Shown one piece after another: positions 63,681 through 64,000 of a stretch of 64,000 bases of DNA. This stretch comes from Anaerolineales bacterium (GTDB lineage Bacteria > Chloroflexota > Anaerolineae > Anaerolineales > UBA6663). The stretch covers positions 2,208-66,207 of the forward strand of contig DAOUAB010000111.1 in NCBI GenBank assembly GCA_034434015.1, given 5' to 3'. The notes below the pieces were generated by a model. It worked only from the letters and a program-made list of their open reading frames with translations. It made no database searches and had not been told where the DNA came from. Each line of letters opens with the position of its first letter. Position 1 is the stretch's first letter. Position numbers and translations under genes: made by a program.

Positions 63681-64000
63681 CTGAGGCGCAACCCCTCGTC
63701 TCTATAATCACTCCGGTCTACAACGGGGCCGCCTACCTAGATTCCCTGATCCAGAGTGTCCTCCAGCAGGATTATCCTCGCATCGAGCACATCGTCATCG
63801 ACGACGGCTCGACGGACGATGGCGCCACGGCAGCGGTGTTGCAGCGCTACCCGCACCTGCGCTGGTGGTCGCGCCCGAACCGGGGTCAATACGCTACCCT
63901 GAACGAGGGCCTGGCTGCCGCGCAGGGGGCGGTCGTCAGCCTGATCAACGCGGACGACGAGTACGTCGTCCCGTCAGCGATCAGCGCGGCCCTGGCTCAC
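63671..64000 (+). CDS. Family 2 glycosyltransferase, 3' end outside window
   Basis: Not in the ORF track (no stop in the window). My translation from ATG 63671 is MALTEAQPLVSIITPVYNGAAYL...IVIDDGSTDDG...INADDEY. Overlaps the upstream stop by 10 nt. Confidence 0.8.
   Translation, partial: MALTEAQPLVSIITPVYNGAAYLDSLIQSVLQQDYPRIEHIVIDDGSTDDGATAAVLQRYPHLRWWSRPNRGQYATLNEGLAAAQGAVVSLINADDEYVVPSAISAALAH

Overview
Gene-dense, very GC-rich bacterial chromosomal segment. I found no rRNA, CRISPR array, transposase, integrase or phage genes. Coordinates of ORF-based features follow the supplied track, with starts re-chosen where the track ORF runs upstream into a neighbouring gene. Coordinates of non-ORF features were counted by hand and may be off by about 2 nt.

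Backbone, 1-44.5 kb:
- partial acyl-CoA ligase
- a same-strand cluster of SHOCT protein, ICMT-like methyltransferase, GTPase-DUF697 and BtpA
- rhodanese sulfurtransferase and tRNA-Ser(CGA)
- overlapping RNase D and beta-CASP RNase genes
- a Rieske / fused cytochrome b / dihaem cytochrome c operon
- LCP (LytR-CpsA-Psr) protein and an ABC-F ATPase
- a small membrane protein overlapping selA
- M24 peptidase
- tsaD coupled to a nucleoside kinase
- a stand-alone SWIM-finger mini-protein behind a structured leader
- a UPF0104 membrane protein coupled to an FAD oxidoreductase
- secreted esterase and phoU
- a tsaE-tsaB-rimI-UDG operon
- metallophosphoesterase and a DUF4349 lipoprotein
- an Aap-type amino-acid ABC importer
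- a NitT/TauT-type ABC importer behind a roughly 440-nt riboswitch-like leader
- a nucleotide-sugar dehydrogenase, a large GT-C-like membrane protein and a WecA-family initiating transferase

Glycan island, 44.5-64 kb: directly after the WecA stop codon the composition becomes visibly less GC-rich, and a one-strand glycan gene island runs to the window end. It encodes Wzm/Wzt ABC export (Wzt has a C-terminal glycan-binding-type domain), a TylF-type O-methyltransferase and a methyltransferase with a coiled-coil tail carrying a 2 x 42-nt tandem duplication. It also encodes an AsnB-type amidotransferase, six glycosyltransferases, a transglutaminase-like protein, another methyltransferase and a three-gene UDP-2-acetamido-2,6-dideoxy-L-hexose pathway.

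Most interesting items: the coiled-coil 'ruler-like' terminator candidate with its recent duplication, the cobalamin-riboswitch-like leader in front of a ThiY/NMT1-type transporter, and a convergent intergenic region packed with two families of hairpin repeats.

The dispersed repeats resemble ones I associate from memory with Chloroflexota genomes. That taxonomic guess is low confidence.
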